In this document: positions 19,261 to 28,454 of the stretch, piece by piece
Layout of the letters: every line of letters begins with the position of its first letter
Numbering within the stretch: position 1 is the stretch's first letter
From: Candidatus Altiarchaeota archaeon
GTDB taxonomy: Archaea > SpSt-1190 > DYHY01
Direction: 5' to 3'
Assembly: GCA_030622515.1 (NCBI GenBank)
Contig: JAUXGB010000002.1
Location: forward strand, 1-40,710
Length of the DNA: 40,710 bases
The notes under the pieces: generated by a model
Told to the model about the DNA's origin: nothing
Databases searched by the model: none
The model's input: only the letters and a program-made list of their open reading frames with translations
Program-made: the position numbers and the translations under genes

Positions 19261-19953
19261 ATGAATATGAATGGAATATGTCATTCAATGGAAGATGTAG
19301 ACAACTATCTTAGCAAGGAAGACAGGAAGCAACTTGAGGGTGCTGTAAGCGAGTGCCTAATGGATATGAGTCCTTTTCACGAAGAAACAGCTGAAGAGAT
19401 TAATGACCTAGAGATTGGGCTTCTCCGCCACGAAAGGCTGACAGACAAGGAAGGTTCCGAGTACGACCAGTTCAGTCTTCACGCCAGTGCAATGGTTAGG
19501 GCGGGAAAGACATGGTCAACCCGAGCGCAACCAATTCAGTATCGCCACGACCTTGGAAGACCGTTCAGCGCATTAGAATCCGATTCCAATGCGGGCTATT
19601 TCCTAGGTGTAGACAATCCTATGAGAAATGTTGTTCGTCTGCTTTCCAATCTAACCACACAGGCAGGAATCAAACTTCAGGAAATAAATCAGGTTAAACC
19701 TCTGGGCGGATGGGACAATTTCAACTACGGCTGCTCCCGTCAGGGAGAGAACGCCCCTCCAGGAAGTGCAACCATGATATACCACATAGAAGGCGTTGGA
19801 AAAAGGGAAGGTGACGAGCCTCTTTCTGTTGAGGGAACTGCCAAAGTCAGTGTCAGGAAGTTTGATGCAGCCCATCCACATGCCTGCTGCCTTGACCTAG
19901 AAATAACGGACTATGCCGAGCCAGGCAAGGTCATGCTTAACCAAGAAGCATAG
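19261..19953 (+). CDS. Orphan protein (array member 5)
   Basis: 230-aa ORF; TATATAAA promoter. Confidence 0.78.
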   Translation: MNMNGICHSMEDVDNYLSKEDRKQLEGAVSECLMDMSPFHEETAEEINDLEIGLLRHERLTDKEGSEYDQFSLHASAMVRAGKTWSTRAQPIQYRHDLGRPFSALESDSNAGYFLGVDNPMRNVVRLLSNLTTQAGIKLQEINQVKPLGGWDNFNYGCSRQGENAPPGSATMIYHIEGVGKREGDEPLSVEGTAKVSVRKFDAAHPHACCLDLEITDYAEPGKVMLNQEA

Positions 19954-19991
19954 GGCAGTAAGAATATAAGCTGCCTATCTTATATGAAAGC

Positions 19992-21818
19992 ATGGACTGG
20001 GGCAAGCTTGGGCTAAAGGTTGGTCTGGAAGTTCACCAACAGCTGAAGAGCTCTAAGTTATTTTGCGCCTGCCCATCCCTCCTGCGGCAGGACCCGCCTG
20101 ATTTGAAGCTTGAGCGGAAGCATCGTCCTGTCGCCAGTGAGGTCGGGACGCTTGACCCGGCTGCTTTGCACGAGTTCCTCAAGGGGAAGGCCTACCTCTA
20201 CGAGGCCTACCGAGATACAACCTGCCTTGTTGAGCTGGACGAGGAGCCGCCGCACAAACTCAACCTTGAGGCATTGAAAATCGTTATCGAGGTTGCCAAG
20301 GGACTGGGAGCGCAGCCCTTCGGCGAGCTTCACATCATGAGGAAAGCCATAATTGATGGCTCATGCCCTTCAGGCTTCCAGCGGACCCTGCTTGTGGCAG
20401 GCGACGGCTCCCTGCCCTTTGGCGGGAAGCAAATCAGGATAGAGACTATCGCCCTTGAGGAAGACGCCGCAAGGATTATTTCAAAAAGCAACAAGATAAC
20501 AGTCTTCCGGTTGGACAGGCTTGGCATCCCCCTTATCGAGATAACAACCTCGCCTGACATGGCTACGCCGGACGAGGCGAAAGCAGGCGCCGAGGCGATT
20601 GGCTTGCTTCTCCGCAGCACAGGCAAGGTTATGAGGGGGCTCGGGACCATTAGGCAGGACCTGAACGTGTCGATAAAGGGTGGCGAAAGGATTGAACTCA
20701 AGGGCGTCCAGCGACTTGATTTAATTCCGGATATGGTCCGAAACGAAGTCGCCCGTCAGCAGGCGCTAATCAGTCTTGCGAAGCAGCTGAAAGGGAAAGA
20801 CAAGGATTTCGAAACCAGCATCAGGGACGTTACCGACATCTTCCAAAGCACAGCCTGCCGGATTCTCAAGCCTCCCATCTACGCAGTCAGAATTCCAAAC
20901 TTTGCAGGCATACTAAAGCTTCCCCTGCACGCAGGAAGGCATTTTGGGAAGGAAGTGGCTGACTATGTAAGAGTCAAGGCCGGCGTTCGCGGCTTCTTCC
21001 ACACAGACGAGATGCCGGCCTACGGGGTAAGCGCTGAGGAAGTAGGCCTGCTCCGCAGCAGGCTGGAGGCCGGTCCAAGAGACCTTGTCGCTTTTGTTTC
21101 AGCCTCAAAAGAGCAGGCGCGCACCGCCCTAGCTGTTGTTGTTGACAGGTGTAAAATGGCATTCAACGGCGTGCCAAAGGAAACCCGTCAGGCTCGCGAG
21201 GACGGCTCAAGCTCCTTCCTTCGGCCTCTTGGCGGCGCAGCAAGAATGTATCCTGAAACCGACCTCCTTCCCATTGTTCTTCCCGAACACTTTGTCAGCA
21301 AAATCAAGCCGCCCCAACCGGTTGAGAAGAAGCTCGAGAAGCTTGAGAGGCTTGGCCTTAACCGCACCCTTGCAAAGGCTATCCTTCTCTCAGAGCGAAG
21401 CAGGGTTTTCCACCACGCTGTCAAGGCTGGTGTGAGGCCGACCCTTGCCGCAAGTATTCTTGAGGAGACGCTGCCTTACCTTAGAAGGGAAGGCCTTGAC
21501 ATTGCGTCCATCAGCGACAGCAGCCTGAGGGAGATGTTTGAAATGCTTGCAAGGGGGAAGCTGACGAAGGAAGTTGTCCCTGACGCGATAGCCCTGCTTG
21601 CGAGGAACATGCCGCTCAACACTCTGGCTTCAGAGAAGCTGACCGAGGACGAGCTGCGCAGGGAGCTGAAAAAACTCATTGGCGAAAATGAGGGCTATAT
21701 TGAGTCAAAGGGAAAGTACGCAATAAGCGGCCTCATGGGAATGGCCATGAAGAGGTTCAAAGGGAAGGCCGAAGGCCAGACAATCAGCAGACTTCTGAAG
21801 GAAGAGCTATCGCTCTAG
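19992..21818 (+). CDS. gatE: Glu-tRNA(Gln) amidotransferase subunit E
   Basis: GLKVGLEVHQQL...KLFC, GFQRT, LEEDAAR, LDRLGIPLIEI, GTIRQD, RMYPETD. Confidence 0.96.
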   Translation: MDWGKLGLKVGLEVHQQLKSSKLFCACPSLLRQDPPDLKLERKHRPVASEVGTLDPAALHEFLKGKAYLYEAYRDTTCLVELDEEPPHKLNLEALKIVIEVAKGLGAQPFGELHIMRKAIIDGSCPSGFQRTLLVAGDGSLPFGGKQIRIETIALEEDAARIISKSNKITVFRLDRLGIPLIEITTSPDMATPDEAKAGAEAIGLLLRSTGKVMRGLGTIRQDLNVSIKGGERIELKGVQRLDLIPDMVRNEVARQQALISLAKQLKGKDKDFETSIRDVTDIFQSTACRILKPPIYAVRIPNFAGILKLPLHAGRHFGKEVADYVRVKAGVRGFFHTDEMPAYGVSAEEVGLLRSRLEAGPRDLVAFVSASKEQARTALAVVVDRCKMAFNGVPKETRQAREDGSSSFLRPLGGAARMYPETDLLPIVLPEHFVSKIKPPQPVEKKLEKLERLGLNRTLAKAILLSERSRVFHHAVKAGVRPTLAASILEETLPYLRREGLDIASISDSSLREMFEMLARGKLTKEVVPDAIALLARNMPLNTLASEKLTEDELRRELKKLIGENEGYIESKGKYAISGLMGMAMKRFKGKAEGQTISRLLKEELSL

Positions 21819-22022
21819 AATGACGCCCCTTCTCATCACATCCTCGATTTTTCCAAGCCGCTTCTCCATCAACTCAACCTTCGTCTCAAGGCCTTTCAGC
21901 AGATTGACCTTGACCTGAAGGTCGTGAAGCGTCTGCTCCATATTCTGAATCCTGAAGGTAAGAACCCTTTCATTCAGCTCTTTCAGCTCCTCTTCGTCAA
22001 AACGCCTGTCCATCTCGTCCAT
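21807..22022 (-). CDS. Small coiled-coil hypothetical protein
   Basis: 71-aa ORF with heptad pattern, fills the gap. Confidence 0.65.
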   Translation of the reverse strand: MDEMDRRFDEEELKELNERVLTFRIQNMEQTLHDLQVKVNLLKGLETKVELMEKRLGKIEDVMRRGVILER

Positions 22023-22075
22023 AGGGAGTCAGGTGATGGGAAAGTAATAAATGTTTGTCTGCCTTAGTTGGGCTG

Positions 22076-22348
22076 ATGGTCGGTTTATCCTTTTCTGCAC
22101 CAACCCTTCTCCTAAATGCAGGCATAATCCTCGTTCTTGTATCGGCAATTTTAGGTGGCATAATCTACCAGCAACTTTCAAGGCAATGCACCTTTGACGA
22201 GAATTCGCTTAGCTGCGACTATGCCGGGTACCTGAAGTATGGCATACTTGGCTTTGGGTTTCTGGGCTTAGTCTTTGTTCTTGCCGGGTTCACCCTGAGT
22301 ATAATAGGCGGGCTGGAAAACGAGCCCAGGAGGCTCGGGAAAAAATGA
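22076..22348 (+). CDS. Small 2-TM membrane protein with a C-x7-C loop
   Basis: Two hydrophobic segments; start set at ATG 22076. Confidence 0.65.
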   Translation: MVGLSFSAPTLLLNAGIILVLVSAILGGIIYQQLSRQCTFDENSLSCDYAGYLKYGILGFGFLGLVFVLAGFTLSIIGGLENEPRRLGKK

Positions 22349-22668
22349 ATGAAAAAACTTACATCGGTGTAATTGCGGTAACCTTCGGCCTCTGCTTCTT
22401 CATCGCCTCCCTTATGACAATCTTCCTCCCGGGATTTGGTGACCTTCACCTAGGTTTTCTTGGATGGCTTGCCATAACGATTGAAAACATCTTTCCTTCC
22501 CTGAAACACGTAGCCTTCCCCCTTGCAATGTTTCTTGACTGGATAATTGTCTTTGGCGTGGGATTTACAATTGGGGCCTTAATAGTTATTGAAATGAGGG
22601 CCAAGAACAAGGGCAAGTGGGACCAGTTCGCGGTAAAGCATTCAATAGAAACCGCCAACTCGTTCTGA
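22345..22668 (+). CDS. Small membrane protein (2-3 TM)
   Basis: ATGA overlap with the previous gene; hydrophobic segments. Confidence 0.7.
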   Translation: MNEKTYIGVIAVTFGLCFFIASLMTIFLPGFGDLHLGFLGWLAITIENIFPSLKHVAFPLAMFLDWIIVFGVGFTIGALIVIEMRAKNKGKWDQFAVKHSIETANSF

Positions 22669-22681
22669 AACAACACAAGAA

Positions 22682-22987
22682 GGAGGACATCCTACTCGGT
22701 CTTTACCCCGCCTAATCAGGAATGGGTTGTCCTTTCGGAACATCCTCTCAAGACTTGTCAATTACCCCCAAGTCTTTTTCACCTTCCAAATTGGCATGTG
22801 AGGCTGCCAATAAGTGAGAGGTGGCCGGGAGATAGGATGGATGCACTTTGGTGCAAATCCTATCGGCTTATGCACCCCCCGTGCAGCATTGAGCCAAAAG
22901 ATTTGAGGCAACTTCCTTATGATTCCTGTCTCCAAGTTCCGTAAGGTTTGTTTGCCTGTAGGCCCTTGACTTCTACCCCCGCGGCCA
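22682..22987 (-). ncRNA. Candidate ~305-nt structured ncRNA with GGGGU(A) loops
   Basis: About 9 stems including a multibranch junction and a GAAA tetraloop; TTATTTATA box at 23017-23009; no ORF in the track. Confidence 0.65.
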
Positions 22988-23140
22988 AGAGTATATAGGC
23001 GGTTCGAGTATAAATAATTGCGTTACACCTGTTTGGTTTCTACAAAAACATCGCTTAGCGTCGATTAATCAGGGGTTACTTTGCCGTAATAAAGCACAAA
23101 ACCAAGCAATCTTAATAAGACCCCTGCCCCTTAGTTGCTC

Positions 23141-24568
23141 ATGGGTGGCTCCCTCGGCTTTGCAGTTCTCAGAATGCCTTCCGGAAAAAGAGTTGGCAAG
23201 GCGCCCTACGGAGAGATAGTCAGGACGAAGAAGGAGTTCTTTCCAATTTACAGGATTACGGAAATCCCGCCCCTGTCCGAAACCGACATCTTCCGCATCG
23301 AGAAGGTTCTGAAGATTTACGAGGAGAAGGCAGATTTCCAGTCGCTCGGTGACGAGAGGAAGAAAGACCTTCAAAACCTTGTCTCAAAATACTCTAGTGC
23401 GTTAGGCATCAAGGGGAAGAAACTGTCAGACAGGGAGAAGAAAGTGTATGCAGAGGTCTGCTACATTATGTCTGGCGAAGGCCTTGGGCCGCTCTCGCTC
23501 CTCCTGCCGGACGACGAGCTCGAGGAAATAATGGTCAATGGGCTCAACAAGCCAATCTACGTCTATCACAGGAAGTTTGGCATGTGCAAAACCAACCTAA
23601 CATTTGACCGGCCAGACTACTTTGTTGAAAAGGTAAACCAAATCCTCTCGTCTATCGGACGACGGATAGACGAAACCCACCCGCGGGCACACGGCGTGCT
23701 GAAGAGTGGCGACAGGATTGCTGCACTCATGCCTCCCTATTCCCGGGACTATTCTCTTGACATAAGAAAGTTTTCAGTTCGTCCCCTGACCGTCCTTGAC
23801 CTGATTAAAAAGAATATGCTAACCTACGAAGCTGCGGCCTTTCTCTGGATTATTTTCGAAGCAGGTTGCAACGTAGGAATTGTTGGCAACACCGGAGCCG
23901 GAAAAACAACCCTTCTCAATGCACTCTTCCGATTCGTTCCTTACCACCAAAGGGTCTTGTGCGTGGAGGAAACACCTGAAATCCAGATACCGCAGGAGCA
24001 GTATGTGAGAATGATTTCTGTTGAAAACCTCGACATAACCCTGCAGGATGCAATCCTTGACTCGCTCCGGTTACGGCCTGGCCGGGTGATAATAGGGGAG
24101 GTGAGGAGCCCGCAGGAAGTTGAAGCCCTAAAAGATTCCTGCCTTGCCGGACAAGCCCTCGGCACCTACTTCACTTACCATGCAGAAAATTCCAACTTTG
24201 CAATCCAAAGATTAAACGAACAAGGATTTTCCCCACGCGACCTGACGGCAATCAACCTTCTTGTGGTTTGCAAGAGGTATGAAAAAAAATCTGACTGCAG
24301 GACCCACCGAACGGTTACTGAGATAGTTGAGATAACAAAAAAGTTCAACGCTTTACCAAAACTCAAAACCCTTTTCTCTTACGACTTTGCCAAAGACCTG
24401 CTCAAAAAGAAAACACTAGACGCAGAGCTTGTGAAATCAATATCAAAACTTTACTTCTCCGGAAAAATATCCACCTTCATGAAGGAACTCAAGCGACGGG
24501 AGAGGATTCTGAAATCCCTCAAACCCTTAAGCGATAAAGACTTCTTCACAAAGATTCAGGGAGGCTAA
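23141..24568 (+). CDS. Type IV pilus/Tad assembly ATPase (VirB11/CpaF/FlaI family)
   Basis: LEEIMVNG, GNTGAGKTT, VEETPE, LRLRP.R.IIGEVR, T.HA. Confidence 0.92.
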   Translation: MGGSLGFAVLRMPSGKRVGKAPYGEIVRTKKEFFPIYRITEIPPLSETDIFRIEKVLKIYEEKADFQSLGDERKKDLQNLVSKYSSALGIKGKKLSDREKKVYAEVCYIMSGEGLGPLSLLLPDDELEEIMVNGLNKPIYVYHRKFGMCKTNLTFDRPDYFVEKVNQILSSIGRRIDETHPRAHGVLKSGDRIAALMPPYSRDYSLDIRKFSVRPLTVLDLIKKNMLTYEAAAFLWIIFEAGCNVGIVGNTGAGKTTLLNALFRFVPYHQRVLCVEETPEIQIPQEQYVRMISVENLDITLQDAILDSLRLRPGRVIIGEVRSPQEVEALKDSCLAGQALGTYFTYHAENSNFAIQRLNEQGFSPRDLTAINLLVVCKRYEKKSDCRTHRTVTEIVEITKKFNALPKLKTLFSYDFAKDLLKKKTLDAELVKSISKLYFSGKISTFMKELKRRERILKSLKPLSDKDFFTKIQGG

Positions 24569-24569
24569 G

Positions 24570-25148
24570 ATGCTGAAAACAATTTCAGCAGGGTTTCTAA
24601 AGGCGTTGAAAGTCAAGAGACTCGAGAGCGAGCTCCCTTTCGCAACCCGCTACTTTGCCCAGCTGCTCTCCCTTGGCATCGGACCTGAAGAAGCCCTAAA
24701 GAAAATCTCCGAGATGAACTTTGGCGAGTTGTCTACAGCACTACTCGGCGTAATTCAACAGTTCAAAAAAGGAAGCTCCCTTGAAAAAGCATTTTCAATC
24801 AGCCAAAAGGAAATTGGCTCGAAAAACTATGACCGCTTTGTAAGCATTGTGCTTCAGACCTGCAGGATAGGTGTTACAGGGGAATCCTCCGAGCTTGCGT
24901 TAAGGCTCGCCCGCCACTTTATTGAGGAAAAGAAAAGCCAGTATCAGGAATTTGCCTCAAAATCATCCCTCCTCTCGATGCTTGTCGTGACCCTGACAGC
25001 CCTCCTGCCTGCCGTTTTAGCCTTCATCATCGCCTTTACAGGAACCTTCTCCCAGACCCCTGCCCTCATCTATGCAATTTTCCTCGTCCTGCTGCCCCTC
25101 CTCTCATTACTCATGTTTGCCAAAATGAAAACAATCCAGCCTGATTGA
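24570..25148 (+). CDS. TadB/TadC-like (T2SSF domain) membrane platform protein
   Basis: ELPFA.R......GI..E.AL, FGELS, G.SLEKA; C-terminal TM pair; operon position. Confidence 0.82.
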   Translation: MLKTISAGFLKALKVKRLESELPFATRYFAQLLSLGIGPEEALKKISEMNFGELSTALLGVIQQFKKGSSLEKAFSISQKEIGSKNYDRFVSIVLQTCRIGVTGESSELALRLARHFIEEKKSQYQEFASKSSLLSMLVVTLTALLPAVLAFIIAFTGTFSQTPALIYAIFLVLLPLLSLLMFAKMKTIQPD

Positions 25149-25149
25149 A

Positions 25150-26034
25150 ATGACAGACTACCAGCTAGCACTTGCGAAGGGAAAGAAGGTTTCGCGGGCC
25201 GCAGCCTTCCTTCAGTTTCTCAAGCAACACAACATAAAGGACGAACAAACCTACCGCAAGGCAGCCATAACTGCATCACTTATCGCCTTCTTCATCATCT
25301 TCCTGCTCTCCAACCTTTGGATTTCACTCTTCACCTCTTTCTTCCTCTTCTCGCTCCTCTTCAACCTCCCTTCTTATCTGGCAAGTAAGTACCGGGAGGA
25401 GCTTGAATGCCACCTTGTTCCTGCCCTCTATGCGGCTGCAAGAATGCCAAAGGGCACACCGTCCTCAAAAGTGATTTCCCGGCTGGCCGAGATGAAAGAG
25501 TTCGGCCTGCTGAGCGAGCTCTTCGCCAGCATCAACGCTCACTATTCAAAGGCATCAGGCCGCCACTCCTATTCCCACATCTTCAGGAAATTTTCATCAA
25601 CAATCGGAAGCAGCAAGCTGGAGAGAATGTTTGAAATCCTCAATCTAGGCCTCAAGCACAACAAGGACGCCAACAGCATCCTGCTGAAAAGTGCAGAAGA
25701 CCTTGAGGACATCGAACTTCTTCTGAGGCAGCGCCGCAGCCAGTTGACCTCACAAAAACTAACCCTCCTCTTCAGCTCCGCCATCCTCCTGCCGGCAATC
25801 CTCTCGGCAACCTCGGAAATCCTATCCATCCTTGTTTCCTCAGGCGTTGGCAATTTCGCCAACCCACAAGTCCTCTTTAACTCCCTTCTGGGCTACACCC
25901 TTCTCGAAGCAATCTTCGCGGCAGTCTGGCTCTCCTATTCAATAGAACAGCGAAAAAGCGCCCTTGCCCTCTATCTTCCAACGTTAACTTTATTAGCAAT
26001 GGCTGTTTTCACCATCGTAGGTGGCCTAATATGA
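25150..26034 (+). CDS. TadC-like membrane platform protein
   Basis: TM segments around a soluble FGLLSELF domain; operon position. Confidence 0.75.
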   Translation: MTDYQLALAKGKKVSRAAAFLQFLKQHNIKDEQTYRKAAITASLIAFFIIFLLSNLWISLFTSFFLFSLLFNLPSYLASKYREELECHLVPALYAAARMPKGTPSSKVISRLAEMKEFGLLSELFASINAHYSKASGRHSYSHIFRKFSSTIGSSKLERMFEILNLGLKHNKDANSILLKSAEDLEDIELLLRQRRSQLTSQKLTLLFSSAILLPAILSATSEILSILVSSGVGNFANPQVLFNSLLGYTLLEAIFAAVWLSYSIEQRKSALALYLPTLTLLAMAVFTIVGGLI

Positions 26035-26192
26035 GAGCTCTATCTTCCCTGGAATGGCTTGTAATCTTCATAATAGTCGTTGGCGCCCTCTCGGTAGTCA
26101 TCGGCACCTTCTACGACGTCTGGAACCCTGTTCAGGCCAACGCAACGGCAGCCTCAGGCAACCTGCTGGACGCCCTTGGAAACCTTGGCTAA
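26031..26192 (+). CDS. 53-aa type IV pilin with class III signal peptide
   Basis: MRA|LSSLEWLVIFIIVVGALSVVIGTF: Glu at +5 and hydrophobic helix; NAT sequon; ATGA overlap; absent from the ORF track. Confidence 0.85.
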   Translation: MRALSSLEWLVIFIIVVGALSVVIGTFYDVWNPVQANATAASGNLLDALGNLG

Positions 26193-26238
26193 TTAACCTC
26201 TTAAAAGTGAATAAAACTTATAAAGCCCTCCTGTAACT

Positions 26239-26601
26239 ATGGTTCTGGTGACATTAATGAACGACAGGCAGAAGAAAATACTTGACGCTGCGAAACCAAT
26301 TGTAAAACAACTCGCACAGGAACTTAAGCCGGCGTACAATGAAGAGCTTGTACCTTCTACAGAACAGATTCTTTCCGGCCTAACGCTCGAACGCGGACCC
26401 GACAGGAAGTTCGAAATCCCTTGCGGAGCTTCAGTCTACACGAAAGACAAAATGGGATGGATAGGACTGCCAGTTTTCCAAGCAGTTCTAAGTCACAAGG
26501 ACGGAAGCTACCAATTCGAGATTGTGAAAAACCTGTCGGTTGACAGTGGCTTATCTAACCACTACATGGAACAGCTTAACAAAGTTGCAGCAGAAGCTTA
26601 A
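26239..26601 (+). CDS. Orphan alpha+beta protein
   Basis: 120-aa ORF; CTTATAAA box upstream; ends in AAEA. Confidence 0.7.
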   Translation: MVLVTLMNDRQKKILDAAKPIVKQLAQELKPAYNEELVPSTEQILSGLTLERGPDRKFEIPCGASVYTKDKMGWIGLPVFQAVLSHKDGSYQFEIVKNLSVDSGLSNHYMEQLNKVAAEA

Positions 26602-28319
26602 CCTTTCTTCCGCTCAACAGCCGCCTTAATCAGCCCCATAAACAACGGAGCAGGCTTCAACGGACGCGATTTGAATTCAGGATGCGCTTGCGTTGCGACA
26701 AAGTAGGGGTGGTCTGTCCTTTCAATAAACTCCATAAGCCTTCTATCAGGAGATTGTCCTGAAAAGACCAAACCTCCCATCTCAATCTTCTCAATATACT
26801 TGGGGTTGACTTCCCACCTGTGCCTGTGGCGTTCAGTAACGTCTTTCTTGCCGTAGAGCTCAAAAACTTTTGTCCCCTCTTTCAGGGTCGCAGGATAAAT
26901 CCCGAGCCTCATATTTCCCCCAAGCCCGTGAATCTTCTTCTGCTCAGGCATAACATCAATTACAGGGTGCTTGCACTCAGGCTCAACCTCGGTGGAGTTG
27001 GCCCCTTCAAGCCCAAGCACATTCCTTGCGTGCTCGATAACTGCCATTTGCAGGCCGTAGCAGATGCCGAGGAAGGGAATCTTGTTCTCCCTCACGTAAC
27101 GGACGCATTCTATCTTTCCTTCAACACCGCGGGCCCCAAACCCGGGCGCAACTATCAGCCCGTCAATCCCTTTCAGGACCTCATCAACACTAATCGCTCC
27201 TTTTTCAATATCAGACGTCTCAATCCACTTGACCTTGACTTTTGCACCGCAATGGGCACCGGCGTGCTCCAGAGCCTTGAGTATGCTTGCATAAGAATCC
27301 GCAAGCCCGGTATACTTTCCAGCCATCCCTATTGTGACTGTCTTTCCGCCATTCATTATCTTGCTGACAAATTCTTCCCACTTGACAAACTTCTCCTTGG
27401 CAGCCTGCGGGTCAACCCTATCCTTCAACCCAAGCCTCTTAATGACAGCATCCCCAATCCCTTCCTTGTTCAAGAGGACAGGAACCATATAGATTGTCGG
27501 CACGTCATGCAGGCTAATCACCCTTTCAATCGGCACGTTCGAGAAGATGCTTATCTTCTCCCTGATTTTCTCACCGACCGGCTCGCCAGCCCGGCAGGCA
27601 ATTATGTCTGGCATAATTCCCATTCCCATCAGGGCGCGGATGCCTAGCTGAGCCGCCTTGCTCTTTTGCTCACCAAGCGTTTTTGGATTGAGAATGTAAG
27701 TCAGGTTGACAAAGCAAACATTTTCATCTCCTTCCTCATAAGCCAGCTCCCTCATCGCCTCAATAAAGTAGCCGTTCTCAAGGTCGCCAACAGTCCCGCC
27801 AATCTCGATAAGGACGACATCGGCCTTTGCTTCCATGGAAAGCTTCCGAATAAACCTCTTAATCTCGCCGGTAACGTGGGGAATAATCTGGACATCCCGC
27901 CCAAGAAAGCCCCCCTTCCTTTCCCGCTCAAGAAGTGATTTGAAAAGCTTTCCGGCTGTCATGTAATTCGACTTGGTCAGGTCTTTATGTAGGAACCTTT
28001 CGTAGGTTCCAAGGTCCATATCGCACTCAGTCCCGTCGTTCAGAACAAAGACTTCCCCATGCCTGAACGGGTTCAGGGTGCCTGCATCCACGTTAAGATA
28101 GCCGTCAAACTTGATTGGCGAAACGCTTAAGCCGTGGTTCTCAAGAAGCAGCCCAAGGGCGGAGGCAAAGATGCCCTTCCCAAGACCTGAAATCACGCTG
28201 CCGGTCACGACAACATACTTTGTCTTTCCTTTTTCGTACCCTTTTGGCATAGGGGTGTAGAACTCGTGTTCATGGCTCCTCTTTGAAACAGAATTAAGAA
28301 TATTTTTCCCACTATCCAA
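26598..28319 (-). CDS. pyrG: CTP synthase
   Basis: GSVISGLGKG, HGEVFV, GICYG, ERHRHR, QAHPEF; N-terminal extension of about 30 aa; TTG start. Confidence 0.97.
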   Translation of the reverse strand: MDSGKNILNSVSKRSHEHEFYTPMPKGYEKGKTKYVVVTGSVISGLGKGIFASALGLLLENHGLSVSPIKFDGYLNVDAGTLNPFRHGEVFVLNDGTECDMDLGTYERFLHKDLTKSNYMTAGKLFKSLLERERKGGFLGRDVQIIPHVTGEIKRFIRKLSMEAKADVVLIEIGGTVGDLENGYFIEAMRELAYEEGDENVCFVNLTYILNPKTLGEQKSKAAQLGIRALMGMGIMPDIIACRAGEPVGEKIREKISIFSNVPIERVISLHDVPTIYMVPVLLNKEGIGDAVIKRLGLKDRVDPQAAKEKFVKWEEFVSKIMNGGKTVTIGMAGKYTGLADSYASILKALEHAGAHCGAKVKVKWIETSDIEKGAISVDEVLKGIDGLIVAPGFGARGVEGKIECVRYVRENKIPFLGICYGLQMAVIEHARNVLGLEGANSTEVEPECKHPVIDVMPEQKKIHGLGGNMRLGIYPATLKEGTKVFELYGKKDVTERHRHRWEVNPKYIEKIEMGGLVFSGQSPDRRLMEFIERTDHPYFVATQAHPEFKSRPLKPAPLFMGLIKAAVERKKG

Positions 28320-28454
28320 AAAATCCCCTCAAAATACAGAACATTTGTCGGTTGAGCACAGATTTTTTCATCCTGTGGGCTTAAAAGCTTTCCGATATCC
28401 TGTCTCCCCTGCTTGGCAGCAACGTAAATAAAGAAAAGAGCACCACTATACCCT

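Noticed and set aside
22682-22987. RNase P RNA or SRP RNA (right size; AAGGAAGUUGCC and AGGCGGGGUA faintly recall P4 strands)
   Set aside because: Conserved regions (GAGGAAAGUCC, UGAAAC, GAGCAA, ACAGAA) and the SRP helix-8 CAGG..GRAA..AGCA motif are not found; final exclusion needs cmscan
22995-23012. tRNA T-loop-like GGTTCGA
   Set aside because: No T-stem or cloverleaf; it lies within a promoter region
26820-27647. 275-aa ORF antisense to pyrG and similar shadow ORFs on thermosome, hisS and others
   Set aside because: Opposite-strand shadows of conserved genes with no recognisable motifs
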